A DNA stretch of 64,000 bases from Pachysolen tannophilus NRRL Y-2460 (Eukaryota). A program made the position numbers and the translations under genes. The stretch spans positions 1,538,418 through 1,602,417 of the forward strand of contig KV454012.1 in the NCBI GenBank assembly GCA_001661245.1. Reading direction: 5' to 3'. This document shows, piece by piece, positions 21,301 to 32,342 of the stretch. Below the pieces are notes generated by a model. The model was not told the origin of the DNA and made no database searches. It was given only the letters and a program-made list of their open reading frames with translations. The first letter of the stretch is position 1. Each line of letters begins with the position of its first letter.

Positions 21301-24300
21301 CTGAAAATGTATCAATCTTAGCTTTTAAACCAACACATTCGACTTTGCTTTTTTCATCAGAAACGTCAACCGCTTCGTTTCTATAAACATGTGATAGAAA
21401 CAAAGGAGAAATCAAAAACTGGAATTTAAGGGATTCTAAACTGTTAGAAAATTTTTTGCTTTCTTTGTTAGGACCAAACATTTTTCCATGACGAATTGGT
21501 ACTGACAATGAACCGTTGAATAAATACCACCAGGAGAAGAAATGTGAAAATGTTCGAGGTGATAAATGAAGACTATTGTAGGACAGTGCGCCACTACTTT
21601 TTTTTTCATCTGATGATGACAACAGAATTGACATATGTATAAAATCACTTCTGAACCCTCTATAGGCATCATAATGTTCTATGTCGGGAATAAATTTAGG
21701 ATTTGACAATACAACCTCGTAATGAGCCTTAAAGTTGTTCGTTCTGAACTTTTCGTCTTCAGATTTTCTTTCGAAACTAATACCAAGCACGAATCGGATT
21801 TCTCCTGAAAGTTTAGCTACAGTTTTCTCGATAAAACATCTCGACATTTCACCGATTAGTTTTTTACTATAAACTTCAGGGTCATCATCATCTAGGTAAT
21901 AGCCGGCCATTGAAAATATTATATTGTTTCTTGATTCTGGAATAAAAACAGCTTTACTTGTTTCCTTTGACCAAACTAGCAACGGTTCAGACAAATGGTT
22001 GGGAATGACCCATGAAACTTCATTTGCCTTGACCACTAAAAACTCTTTAGGATCATCATGTTCATTAATGTTCAATTTGATATTATCTTTAAATGATAAA
22101 ACAAAACCAGATGAATCCCCTAGTAAAAAATACGGACTTCTTGATCCTTTGAAACATACTAATAAGTTACCCCCATAATTCCAATTAAATTCCACCTTTG
22201 CATGAAAGATGGATCTGATTTTATCCCAAAATCCAATCTTTTCTGAAGGGTCCAATTGCGGCTTTGAAAAATTGTCTAAATTTAGCATTACTTGCTGAAT
22301 TGCAGGTTGATAAGATTGACCTAATGTAAACTTTGTTGCGCTTTTGCTGTTAATTTCAAGGCTCAATTCAGTAAATATTTTAACCGAAGCAATTGTCTTG
22401 GGCACTTCTAGTCCAAAATACTCATGAAAACTATTTTCTCTGGCGCTTGGAACCAACGGAACATATATGGTTCTAATATTCTCTCTCCTTTCAACGAATT
22501 CCTCTCCAATAACCAAATTTCCTGAAATTCTTAATGCTGATAATTTTTTACGTTGGTCCGGAGAAACTGCTGGAATATAGACTAAAGGTAACGGATAATC
22601 TCTCAAATGCACCCTTAACTCCTTCACTTTCATATCCAAAAAAACTGGAAGTAGAAGAGTGTATTTTGTGTCCAACGGTACACCTTTACCAATATCATGG
22701 ATGTACTGTGGTAATTCAGATAGAGGAAATTTTGTTGTTCTGAGTGTCAAATCAAAATTTTCCAAAATAACATTCATCAATGGAGGATCAACGGAATACT
22801 GCAATAGTTTATCATTAAACATGAATGGATAACTATCATCATTCAACATACCCCACAAAAATTTAGCATTTTGATTGAACTGTTGCTCCATCTTTGCTTT
22901 ATAATCTTTGACAAGTTCATACCAAGACCGAGAGATATTTTTCCTCAATTTAAATAACTTTTTATCAATCTCATCTACCATTTCCATCTTTTTCGCTATA
23001 TTTGTGAGGTTTTTACGTCCTTCACTGTTCTTATTTGATGGTTCTTTAAATTTTATTTCACTCTGGTTTCTCCTTTTGAATTCAAAAACCTTATTTTCAT
23101 CATCGGAAGCCAAAACTTCTAAATTCTCAGTAGCCAGTTTGGATATTTTCTTAATATTTTCCTCTGTCTTTGGAGGACGAAGACTTTGATGACTTAACAA
23201 ATCGGAGCTATTAAGATTTTGCCGATCCATTCGTTTTTCAATCTCGGTAGTTTCATTTAACTCTTCCTTAAGTCCATCCCTGAAAGCCCTATACTTCGCC
23301 ATCCTGTTCTTTTGTTCAATAAGTCCCAACTGAAATATCATGTTCAATTCAGACTCAAATGGATCATCTTCCATGCAAAAGATAATTCTTTTCGATTTGA
23401 CTCTTGTCTTTGGAACATATAACGGCTTCATTGAGTGTGGATATATAACTAATTCATCACTATTATATTCCAAAGAATGATGTAATTGCTTCAGCGTCTT
23501 CACGGCAACAGAAATTTGATCGAACACTCGATGAATAACAAACTGGTGAGGAATTATAACTCTTGCACTTGAATTTGAAATCTCAAATAATGATTCCTCA
23601 GTAAAGCTTTCCAAATCAGCACCAGAAGCTAAAAATCTATCTAACTTGAATGTGATCTTCAAAGAGTTAACTGTACTCAATCTTGTCCAAAAGTCTGGAG
23701 CATGGACTGATTTCGCTAATACCCTCAAAAGTCTAGCCCTTAGTTGAAGTGGAGAGCCCGGGGAAAGTTGGATGTCGAAATGAAGACCGTCAAACTTAAG
23801 ATTGAAATTTTCAGCAAATTTGGTAATGATTTTAAATTGATGTAACCTGAATTCAAATACCGTGAAGCTTAAAAAGGTCTTCACCTGGCTTATCTTTCCC
23901 TCTTTAGTTTCTTCAATATTGTTTCCTACTTTTTCGTCATCGGCGCTTTTCTGCTTTTCATGTTCATCTTTAAATCTGTTAATTGCAGGATTAAACAAAG
24001 TGTTATTTAGCAAATGCACAGAGGAAATTATTAAAAAGTGTTTAATCAAAGAATAATGAACTGAAAGCTCATCACAATCTAAATCAATCTTTAAAAGATT
24101 TTTGGAACTGACCAAATCCTTAAATGACTTTATTTCAGCATCAAAAATTGGAATTTTCAACATCTTGGAAGGTTTCATTATATGGGGGTTTGGATTTTGA
24201 GTTCCATCATCATCATTTTCTTCTTCTTCCATATAAACACTAGAACCCAATTGTTGTAATTTCAAAGAAGCTTTCCAGTACTCATTTGTTTCACTATCTT

Positions 24301-26749
24301 TTTCTAATTCTGATTCTGATTCTGAGTCTGCTTCATCATAGTGGTCATAATCTTCCTGAGAACTGTTTTGAGATCCTATGGAGCTGGATGTAGTAGTACC
24401 ATCCAGCTTTTTGTTGGTTTTTAGTAAAGAATCATTAACAATTTCAAATTCCCATTTTTTCAACGATAAAGAAATTTTTCTAAAGGAGCCATCAATATTA
24501 TCAAGAATACCTGGAATTGTTTGTTGACGAATAATCTCTTGTGGAATCAATACCGACCTTGAGCATACTTTCAATTTCAAATCATAACCAACAATTTTAA
24601 AACTTTCAAACCATTTAGGTAAATAATCGAAAAGTTTGCGATGAGAATCTATTTTGAAATTTTTTTCTTTATGATTCTTCTGATGTTCAGTTTTTATATC
24701 ATCTAATATTAATATTTGGTCGGAAGATAAATATTTTGTATTAATATCGATGTCAGCTATCAAATCGCATAAACCATTCAAAATGAAAAGGTCTGATACA
24801 TCCAAAGAAATATAATTGTAATTTATAACACTTGTAAATTTTGCTCTTGGTAAAGTTTGTAAATTAAAAACAAAATTGATTTCTTGGGATTTTAAAAAAG
24901 TATGATCTTCAATCAATCTAGATTCGTAAGAATCTTTATGATTGGTAGTTTCTAACTCATCATTATATATTTTTTTATTATATGAAATTGAGAAATTCGT
25001 TGTACGACATGTTGAATTAATTGTATATAATAACTTTTTGTTTAAACTCAATTTCCTACTTGAAAAAATTTCTAAATTTATGAGAGAACAATCAATTACT
25101 GCCATTGATATGGTATTTTCGTTATCGTCAATAAATTTCAACAAAGCTGTAGGTTTTTCTATTAAAAATTTAAAATTTATCTGTGGCCAAATATTTGAAA
25201 CGTAATATAAGTAATCAATAAATGAACCATTTGAAGATTTTGTATTATTAGTACTTGTTGTGGATTCATGTTTACGTGTTTTATTATCAAACGAAATCAG
25301 AAGAGCTTTCGATATGATAATACCTAAATGTTTTGTTGAGATATCAACAATTAAATTGGATATTGAACAATTAAGGTTGGATAATCCATTAGATAATTTT
25401 TTTCCTTGTTTAATGGTGGATAAAGTTTGGAAAAAAGTGTTTGTAATAATTGATGTTGTAATACTTGGTACATTTACCAATTCAAAATATTTAAAAGATG
25501 AAGTTTTATACTTATCATAGCTGCTAAAATCCAAAATCAATTTTGATTGCATCATAGAAGCAATAAATTGTAAAGGGTAATCATTCTTACCAAAATTAAT
25601 ATCATAACCAGCATGATTGTGTTGTAAAGTGGAAAGAGTTGCAGTAATGGATTTAAAATTAAGTTCAAAATAAATCAAATTCCCATTATCTTGAAACTTA
25701 TCATTTAATATTTCCAGAAATTGGAATTGGGATATAAAAGGAATTTTTTGTATAGAAACATTATCCAAGTGGATATCAATTTCTCGTATCAATCTTATAA
25801 CTAAAGACATCCAATACATTTCTCTGTGGAAAATCGATTTGTAGGAATCAGCATCATTTTCTGATTTGTGTTTGGTTTCCATTGGAGTTGCAACTTTAGT
25901 TTCAATTTTTGAATGTTTAATTTTTTCAATTGCTGACAGGCATTTCAATAAAGTAAATATTGGTACAGTAATTGAGTGAACTTTTAACTGTGATTTGATA
26001 TTAGATATTGCACCATTATTCAAATCCAATAAACTTTCCAATTTAAATAAAGCGTCATCATTAATTGAATTGATTTTTTCTGTTTGGTATATCAATTTCA
26101 AACCAGATAATTTAAAACTGGAATTACAAACAAGATGAGTTTTCCCCTTTTTAACACTAGAATCAACAACAATATCAATCAAATCAACGTTGAAAGAAAC
26201 CCCAGTATCTTTTAACTTGATGCAACAATTCTGTAACTGAACGTCAATACTCGGTAAAAAAAATTTATAAAAAAATTTCAAAAAAAATTTAAGTTTCCTA
26301 TTATTTTGGGGATAAACCGAAATTGGATTGAAAACCCCAGAAATATCATCATCATCAATATTATTTATTTTATTACCCTTTTTGTTGGCATTTCGAACCT
26401 TCAGTGTATTCAATTCCAATTCTAAACCATTTATTAAGAAATTTATAAATTTATGATTCCGATCAAATGGACTAAACCTCACCTTAATAAACCGTAAATA
26501 AACCAAAAAATTTCTTTTTTTATAATAAACATTGTTAACTTTAGCAAAAAAAACATTAACTGACCCAATTGAAACCCCAAACAAATAATAAAACAAAATA
26601 TGAGTTACAAAATAATAAATTAAACATATTAAAATTAATAAACTAAATTCACTTGTTGTAATTGCGCTAAAAATATCGCCCAACAAGTGAATATAATCAC
26701 TATCATCACTAGAAGCGCTAGCGCCGTTTACCTGAATCACCGGAAGCAT
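18329..26749 (-). CDS. FMP27: Fmp27/Hobbit (BLTP2) bridge-like lipid transfer protein
   Basis: 2806 aa with an N-terminal TM helix, EDDPFE, HLRDYPLP, IGFWDK and WPPW motifs, and an Apt1-like C-terminus. Confidence 0.9.
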   Translation of the reverse strand: MLPVIQVNGASASSDDSDYIHLLGDIFSAITTSEFSLLILICLIYYFVTHILFYYLFGVSIGSVNVFFAKVNNVYYKKRNFLVYLRFIKVRFSPFDRNHKFINFLINGLELELNTLKVRNANKKGNKINNIDDDDISGVFNPISVYPQNNRKLKFFLKFFYKFFLPSIDVQLQNCCIKLKDTGVSFNVDLIDIVVDSSVKKGKTHLVCNSSFKLSGLKLIYQTEKINSINDDALFKLESLLDLNNGAISNIKSQLKVHSITVPIFTLLKCLSAIEKIKHSKIETKVATPMETKHKSENDADSYKSIFHREMYWMSLVIRLIREIDIHLDNVSIQKIPFISQFQFLEILNDKFQDNGNLIYFELNFKSITATLSTLQHNHAGYDINFGKNDYPLQFIASMMQSKLILDFSSYDKYKTSSFKYFELVNVPSITTSIITNTFFQTLSTIKQGKKLSNGLSNLNCSISNLIVDISTKHLGIIISKALLISFDNKTRKHESTTSTNNTKSSNGSFIDYLYYVSNIWPQINFKFLIEKPTALLKFIDDNENTISMAVIDCSLINLEIFSSRKLSLNKKLLYTINSTCRTTNFSISYNKKIYNDELETTNHKDSYESRLIEDHTFLKSQEINFVFNLQTLPRAKFTSVINYNYISLDVSDLFILNGLCDLIADIDINTKYLSSDQILILDDIKTEHQKNHKEKNFKIDSHRKLFDYLPKWFESFKIVGYDLKLKVCSRSVLIPQEIIRQQTIPGILDNIDGSFRKISLSLKKWEFEIVNDSLLKTNKKLDGTTTSSSIGSQNSSQEDYDHYDEADSESESELEKDSETNEYWKASLKLQQLGSSVYMEEEENDDDGTQNPNPHIMKPSKMLKIPIFDAEIKSFKDLVSSKNLLKIDLDCDELSVHYSLIKHFLIISSVHLLNNTLFNPAINRFKDEHEKQKSADDEKVGNNIEETKEGKISQVKTFLSFTVFEFRLHQFKIITKFAENFNLKFDGLHFDIQLSPGSPLQLRARLLRVLAKSVHAPDFWTRLSTVNSLKITFKLDRFLASGADLESFTEESLFEISNSSARVIIPHQFVIHRVFDQISVAVKTLKQLHHSLEYNSDELVIYPHSMKPLYVPKTRVKSKRIIFCMEDDPFESELNMIFQLGLIEQKNRMAKYRAFRDGLKEELNETTEIEKRMDRQNLNSSDLLSHQSLRPPKTEENIKKISKLATENLEVLASDDENKVFEFKRRNQSEIKFKEPSNKNSEGRKNLTNIAKKMEMVDEIDKKLFKLRKNISRSWYELVKDYKAKMEQQFNQNAKFLWGMLNDDSYPFMFNDKLLQYSVDPPLMNVILENFDLTLRTTKFPLSELPQYIHDIGKGVPLDTKYTLLLPVFLDMKVKELRVHLRDYPLPLVYIPAVSPDQRKKLSALRISGNLVIGEEFVERRENIRTIYVPLVPSARENSFHEYFGLEVPKTIASVKIFTELSLEINSKSATKFTLGQSYQPAIQQVMLNLDNFSKPQLDPSEKIGFWDKIRSIFHAKVEFNWNYGGNLLVCFKGSRSPYFLLGDSSGFVLSFKDNIKLNINEHDDPKEFLVVKANEVSWVIPNHLSEPLLVWSKETSKAVFIPESRNNIIFSMAGYYLDDDDPEVYSKKLIGEMSRCFIEKTVAKLSGEIRFVLGISFERKSEDEKFRTNNFKAHYEVVLSNPKFIPDIEHYDAYRGFRSDFIHMSILLSSSDEKKSSGALSYNSLHLSPRTFSHFFSWWYLFNGSLSVPIRHGKMFGPNKESKKFSNSLESLKFQFLISPLFLSHVYRNEAVDVSDEKSKVECVGLKAKIDTFSVDLHQMKESQVKHDKILDQTQKVRKMKMYLGEVDINNTDLRALRSLFKVADDSYDVHKEEFLEIAGLDPTYHSDIKEEQKTKLHVFNNLGDDDETWFDINDFEEVDLPSVADVKSVTRVVPLLFTPKFTYYRKTDDNNEEPGESEGALIHDCLMGESKSTATQLRLLKDRLKELQARRDSVATSNNASKQAILQKLDKGLQNVGALISEVATGKFDENNLGLSYESFQNKFLVHNMQLKWNRLNRNFVYKYAHFVDIRKAYTYYLKYQAFDTVEKIIREQKLNYGLDSESLKLQKISSAKSEQIAEEEGASETDFSDINYSYDDISCSERLEKFDEDLRSINSKSTDKKFEASDNYLVKLISPQIQLINDDLKSDSCVLVVSPDIELKIVSIGQKTQRDKNGNEIVIDDQFELERRHGSVFRDTNIFVAYKEDVIKNSSSFFSGRSYGSKNIWPPWLGVELCHDGSSLMEYMVLEKTSFVLRYDKMNQMIKKNVLSDYNRNRIIVEVPKVAAFCDSKQYHALYNIIVNLLMYTEPSNKEMNEKLGKLILTTDFSNLNGTQDRIKSLQDAYLFLIQLSDNFTFKRTILNESEANQLNVVNFQKTHILSELFLLMRVITTGTTGASKKDEQIEWTIRSDEIILHMLDEKRAPFIDLAVAEGVFRRISENDGSNYNVVEVGMIQAFNLDSNILYPELLTSFNPKQVKAPISKRENNMLQVEWAMDKLVGGIKIIKNFVIEVKPIKLSLEQFTGQKFFEYIFPSDKNKSISKSSGQDESESDLNDEIFEDDIDRDSSISEDLDSEEMAENGLDIINSRSSEKNSQGVATSTGPTSRKSFNFKRSSGNKNDNKNDDYYSSGSSLKSSKLAKDGEFVNEMVKRASDYKSIVSLTIRSLALCINFKGEGGFRLINVNNLVMTLPDMTFNNKIWTTMDLVNELKKIVIKAVLHHSGSIVANKLTVHKKKRIKQPLRQITSYSSLKLQKKNGNEHEEIS

Positions 26750-27116
26750 CTACAATTGTCCACTATCTACAACTTTGACCTTCCAATTATCCAAGTAATA
26801 TTTTCAATTACCAATTTTTCAATTTTTATAATAACCGCCATTTGATAAATCAGTAAATTACCTTGTATTTAAATTTAGTTTAAATCAAATTTAAATAAAT
26901 AAGAAAAAAACCTTATAATTACCAGCAGCAACCTTCTTTGTTATAAATAACTCTTTGCGCTTAACAACGCAAAACAAAACAAAACAAAACAAAAAAATTA
27001 AAAAAAAAAAAAAATGTTTGCGGTCGTGTTTTTGGTACTAAAAAAAGTTTTTTTTTTTTTTTTTTTTTTGAAAATTTATAAAAATTTTCCAAAAACATGA
27101 AAAAAACATGAAAAAG

Positions 27117-27126
27117 TGAAAAATTT
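27117..27126 (+). promoter_or_regulatory. RRPE-like element upstream of TIF3
   Basis: TGAAAAATTT upstream of a translation-factor gene; the region is A/T-rich, so a chance match is possible. Confidence 0.35.
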
Positions 27127-27353
27127 GTTAAAGGACGGTAGGTTTATTGTAATAAAAGAAATAGAGATAAGTTAACTTTTAAGTTTACATAGATTAATTT
27201 TCCAGATAATAGTTAATATATATATTTGGTATTTTATTCTCTTGATACAGTTAATTGTTAAGTTTTTAAAAAAAAAAAAAAAAGAAAAATAATTATTTTT
27301 TTTTTTATTATTAATAGTAATCGGAAATTAAATTTTTTTGAAATCGGCAAAAT

Positions 27354-28985
27354 ATGGGTCCAAAGAAAGGTATTAAGATGGACTTGGGTTCATTTCTCGC
27401 TGATGAATCTTATGGTGGGTCATGGGCTGATGATGATTTAGATTTATCTTCTATTTCGATTCCTACGAAACTGCCAGGCCATCAGGGACAACAACAACTG
27501 CATCCTGAGGATAAGTTTGGTTTTGGTGGGCGTTCTGGTTCTTTACGTCAAGAAAGAGAACCTCGTCGTGAAAGAACTGAGTTTCCAGTTCCTGAAAATC
27601 CTCCATATAAGGCAAGAGTTGCTAATTTACCATGGGATGTAGAAGAAACTGAATTAAAAGATTGGTTTATTAAAGGTTTATTAACAAAAGGTGAAAATAT
27701 TGAAGATGTTTCTATTCCAAAAGATCAAGAAACTGGTAAGGCAAGGGGTTTTGCATTTGTTATTTTTAATTCAAAAGCTTTATTGGAAGATGCTTTAAAT
27801 TTATCCAATACTTCGTTGAATGGTAGAACTATTTTCGTTAATGTTGCTGCACCACTGAAGCAAGATGGTTTTGATTTAGATTGGAGTGCTGCAAGAACAG
27901 GTTCCCAAAATCAAGCTTTTGGTAATAATAGAAGAGAAAGAGGTCCAAGAAGAGAACCTCAAGAATTTGATTTCGGGTCTGCAAGAGATTCGAAAGATGA
28001 TTCACATTATCAACAAAGACAAAGGTCAAGAAGAGGAGGAGATGAACAACAACAACAACAACAACAACAACAAGATTTTGATTTCAGTTCTGCAAGAGAA
28101 AGTAATGACAGACCACTGCATCTGTTTCAACCAAGAGAAGGAAGAGCTGCTGGTGGTGCTCCTGGTGCTCCTGGCGGTTTTGAAAGAAGAAGATCTAGAA
28201 GAGAACCTCAAGAATTTGATTTTAGTTCTGCAAGAGAATCACAGATGAAACCTCAAAACCAACATTCTGAAAGAGAAGAACCAGCTGGTGAAAGAAGAGA
28301 AAGAAAACCAAAAAGAGAAGAGCCTGAAGTGGATTGGAGTTCAGCAAGACAAACTCAAGAACTGCCAGCTGGTCAACAACAACAAGTAGGAGATAAGAGA
28401 GAAAGAAGAGAAAGAAGAGATAGAAAACCAAGAAAACCAGAAACAGAATTAGATTGGAGTGCTTCAAGAGATGGTCAACTGCCACCAAAAGAAAGAAAAC
28501 CAAGAAAATCCGAAACTGAATTAGATTGGAATTCGAAATCTCATACTCAACAAATAAAACCAGAAAGAAAACCAAAGAAACCTGAACCTGAATTAGATTG
28601 GTCTGTTGCTAGAACAGGACAAACTCTTCTGCCAAAGGAAAAGAAATTTGGTAGATCATCATCATCATCTTTATCAAAGAAAGATAAGCAAACTTCACAG
28701 CAACAACAACAACACCAAAATAAACGTCAACAACTGAAAAAAGAAGATAAAACAGAAGAAACACCAGTATCTGAAATTAAAAAATCAAGCTACGATGTCT
28801 TGGCAGTTGAAGATGACGAAGAAGAAGAAGAAGAAGAAGAACAAGAAACTCAAGAAACTCAAGAAACTCAAAAAGAAAGTGACTTACAGAATAAAGAAAC
28901 AAATTTGCAAGAAGAAACTGCTAAATTATCGATTAAGGAACGTGAAACTGATGGATGGGAAGTTGTTGGTAATGGTAAAAAATAA
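27354..28985 (+). CDS. TIF3: Translation initiation factor eIF4B
   Basis: KMDLGSFLADESYGGSWADDD N-terminus, RRM (VANLPWD...GFAFV), eight D(W/F)xxxR-type repeats, C-terminal DGWEVVG. Confidence 0.93.
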   Translation: MGPKKGIKMDLGSFLADESYGGSWADDDLDLSSISIPTKLPGHQGQQQLHPEDKFGFGGRSGSLRQEREPRRERTEFPVPENPPYKARVANLPWDVEETELKDWFIKGLLTKGENIEDVSIPKDQETGKARGFAFVIFNSKALLEDALNLSNTSLNGRTIFVNVAAPLKQDGFDLDWSAARTGSQNQAFGNNRRERGPRREPQEFDFGSARDSKDDSHYQQRQRSRRGGDEQQQQQQQQQDFDFSSARESNDRPLHLFQPREGRAAGGAPGAPGGFERRRSRREPQEFDFSSARESQMKPQNQHSEREEPAGERRERKPKREEPEVDWSSARQTQELPAGQQQQVGDKRERRERRDRKPRKPETELDWSASRDGQLPPKERKPRKSETELDWNSKSHTQQIKPERKPKKPEPELDWSVARTGQTLLPKEKKFGRSSSSSLSKKDKQTSQQQQQHQNKRQQLKKEDKTEETPVSEIKKSSYDVLAVEDDEEEEEEEEQETQETQETQKESDLQNKETNLQEETAKLSIKERETDGWEVVGNGKK

Positions 28986-29904
28986 AAAACGGATAATGGG
29001 GGTGTTAAATGTGTTATATGATTTAAAAACATTCTCATATGAAGATTAAAAATAAAAAATAAAAAAAAAAATAAATAAAAATGAAAAAAAGAAACTCTAG
29101 TGAAGGTAATAAAAAAGTAAAATGAAAAAATACTGATTTTTTTTAATTTAATTTAACTAATAATTAGATGCATTATATTACTAGTAGTCATTTATTATAT
29201 ACATTTTAGAGATTACACTTATACATCTTGTTTGATTTGTTTTTTGTTTGGTATGCTTTGTTTTTTTCTTTATTTTTTTTTTAAATTTTATTATTTTATG
29301 TTGTTGTTGTTTTCTTTTATTTTATCTTGTTGTATGACTTATTTTAATATGTGTTGCAATTCCATTTTTACCTTGAAAAATTTTATAGCTTAAGACAAAA
29401 ATGACAAGATTTTTTTGATATTAAATAATTAAATAGTTATTATTAGCTGTTATTTTATTTTTTTTTTATTTTGAAAAAAAAAAAAGCCAGACTGTAGAAA
29501 ATTTCCTTAAATTACCTGGTTATCATTATAGAGGATCAAATAATTAATTAAGTTAATTACTTGAACCAATTGATTTATGGGTCAATAACAATGACAAGAA
29601 AAAAGTTATTAAAAATTAAGAGTACATACATCCCAAGAAAAGACTAATAAATTATGTATATAAAAAATATGCGGATCACTGTCGAGTATCAACCAAACGT
29701 CACTAAAACCATCCTGTTTTAAAAGTTGATAAGAAAAAAGAAAAAAAATAGCTCCTATAAATAAAATTATTTCACGATATTAATAAGCTAACAGACTATC
29801 AACAAAAAATAAAAAAAATAAAAAAAATAAAAGTAATAAAGATAAAATAAAAAAAACAAAACAAAAACAAAAAAAAAAAAAACAATTTTTGAAAAACATT
29901 TCCT

Positions 29905-31611
29905 CTAAACAATGGTTTCCATATAGCTTCTTCTCTCACTAGCTGCATCAGAATTGTGTCCAATCTCAGTAACAGCAGAATTAGGATTATTCAGATGTTC
30001 TGTTCTGTTCCTTTCGATTAATTCACGTCTTTCTCTATCCAGTCTTCTTGCCTCATAGATACGAACAATGAGATAACTCTTTATATCATCTTTTCCAAAT
30101 CCCATTAATCTCCAGAAAAACTTTGATTTCCAATTGTAATAAGTTGGTAATTTTGCTTCTGCTTCTTCACGAATATTAATAACGTCAATTGGATTTATGC
30201 CGTTGTCCATATCATTGCCATTAGAGCTTACAGTAACATTTGTAGTTGCATCGGTTGTGATAGTAGTATTGGTGGTTGCATTATTGGTACCATTGCTGTT
30301 TTGGCTATTGTTATTGTTACTCTGGGTATTATTGTTATACGTATCGGCAACCAACAATAATTCGGCTGCTCTGGCAACAGTTGGTCTCGGATATATAGTT
30401 TCAAATTCTTCGGTATATGATTCATTATCATTGTTATTAGCATTATTTAGGCTAACGTCATCTTCTTGACTATTGGCATTTTGATTATCCTTCATATAGT
30501 AGTCTCTTTTACACATTGGACAGCAAGCCTTCCTTGTAATTAACCAAGGATCAAGACACTCTTGATGGAATACATGACCACATATTAAGCCTCTTACCAA
30601 ATCTTCGGGCTCTAATACTTCAAGACAAATAGCACATATTCCCGATGAAAAATGAAGCTCATTTGAATCATGCACATGTTCATGTCCATGTCCATGGTCA
30701 TGTTCATGCAGGCTATTGTCCTTCTTTTGGTCTTCGGCCAAATCTACTTCTTCTATCTTGGGATCCAGCTTTTCATTTGATGCCGTGAAATCTTCATCTT
30801 CATCTTCATCTGCAGTTACAGCACCTGTAACTTTCTTTAAGTGGCTTGAATTAGAAGAGGAAGGTAACTCTGTAATATCTAAATCATTTAGTTCTATTTC
30901 TCCCGTTTCCTCCAGAGCCTCATTACCGTTATTATTAGATACAGCTGTAATCACTGGCATGCCCGCTTGTGTAACTGCTGCTGTACCTACTGATGTGCCT
31001 GCTGTTGTAACTGCTCCTGCTCCTGCTACTTCTTCTTCTTCATCATCATCAATCACCAGCAGAGGTATATCATTACCATAAACAATTATTCCGTCTTCTC
31101 TTCTCAGATGATCTTCCTCTCTACCACCGTTGAGCCAATCACTATATGTCTTTACAGGAAATAAAGTTTCCACCTCATCTTTTGTTAACTTTCTCTTCTT
31201 CTTATATCTCCTTCTTTGAAGCCTTCTTCTTGCTCTGGCAGACAAAAGGGTATCATAATCTCTTCTAAAAGCATAAGCACTGTATTCACTATTTGGACCA
31301 TATTGGAGTCCGACAAAGGCAAATCTGCCTCTTGCGATAGCAGCAGCACCACCAATACTTGAGTTACTTGTTCTATAAGTATCGAAACTATTTGACTGTG
31401 GAATATAAAGACCAAATTTCGTCTTAAAAAAATATCTAAGTGTGAAAAATACAAACAATAATGCAATACAAACTCCAACAGCAAGTGCTATGAAAAACAA
31501 AACGGTTGATGGTGTATTTCCAATAAAATCTGATGAATTTGACGAACTACTTGTACTAGTCAGGGTTGGGGTAACAGAACTGGATGTCGAAGTTGTAGTA
31601 GTATCCAGCAT
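29905..31611 (-). CDS. Single-pass membrane RING-H2 E3 ubiquitin ligase (fungal ATL-like)
   Basis: First ATG at 31611. S/T-rich N-terminus, TM helix VLFFIALAVGVCIALLFVFFTLRY, RING-H2 CAIC...CGHVFHQECLDPWL...CPMC. Confidence 0.85.
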   Translation of the reverse strand: MLDTTTTSTSSSVTPTLTSTSSSSNSSDFIGNTPSTVLFFIALAVGVCIALLFVFFTLRYFFKTKFGLYIPQSNSFDTYRTSNSSIGGAAAIARGRFAFVGLQYGPNSEYSAYAFRRDYDTLLSARARRRLQRRRYKKKRKLTKDEVETLFPVKTYSDWLNGGREEDHLRREDGIIVYGNDIPLLVIDDDEEEEVAGAGAVTTAGTSVGTAAVTQAGMPVITAVSNNNGNEALEETGEIELNDLDITELPSSSNSSHLKKVTGAVTADEDEDEDFTASNEKLDPKIEEVDLAEDQKKDNSLHEHDHGHGHEHVHDSNELHFSSGICAICLEVLEPEDLVRGLICGHVFHQECLDPWLITRKACCPMCKRDYYMKDNQNANSQEDDVSLNNANNNDNESYTEEFETIYPRPTVARAAELLLVADTYNNNTQSNNNNSQNSNGTNNATTNTTITTDATTNVTVSSNGNDMDNGINPIDVINIREEAEAKLPTYYNWKSKFFWRLMGFGKDDIKSYLIVRIYEARRLDRERRELIERNRTEHLNNPNSAVTEIGHNSDAASERRSYMETIV

Positions 31612-32342
31612 CAGTATATCAACGAAATGAATAATAAAAACCAACCTAACCAAACAATATTATTATTATTATTATTAATAAAAAAAAATAAGATAAAAAA
31701 AAAAGTACAAAACCAAACAAACACACACTCTCTCTCACTCACTCTCTCACTCGCTAACAAATTCTTGTAGATCTCTATGTACCTCTATCTCCCGATATTT
31801 TCTTAATTATTTATATTGTATTGCATCTACGGCCTTTTTCTAAAAACCTCAATAACAAATTTTTTAATAAATAATTTAAAGAAAATATATTTTTATAGAC
31901 CAGATAACTATATCTAAAGGTCCAAAAACAGATACTATCAAATAAATGATTGATCTTTAAAAACAAGTATTGATGAACGATCAAATTATTTAAAATAAAA
32001 AGGGGAAATGAAATGATTCTAATTGTTAAATTTATTAATTCCTATTTTTAATTTTCAAAATTTTGCCCTTTTTGAGAAATTTTATTATTTGCAGCAAAAT
32101 TTGTTTATTTTTAATACATACAATACATACGAAAACAGTAGAAGATAAACATAAAAACCTATATTTTCTAAAAAATTGGGGGAACCTGGATGGAGGAAGG
32201 AAACAAACAGAAAGATTGAAAGAGTTGGTTGATGAATGATTTCAAAACTGAGAAGAAGAAAAGATATCGAGTGGTGGAAGGGAAAGGTGTAACGAACTAA
32301 TTTTTTTTTTTTTTTTTCTTGGTTATCTTCTCTTTGGCTTCT

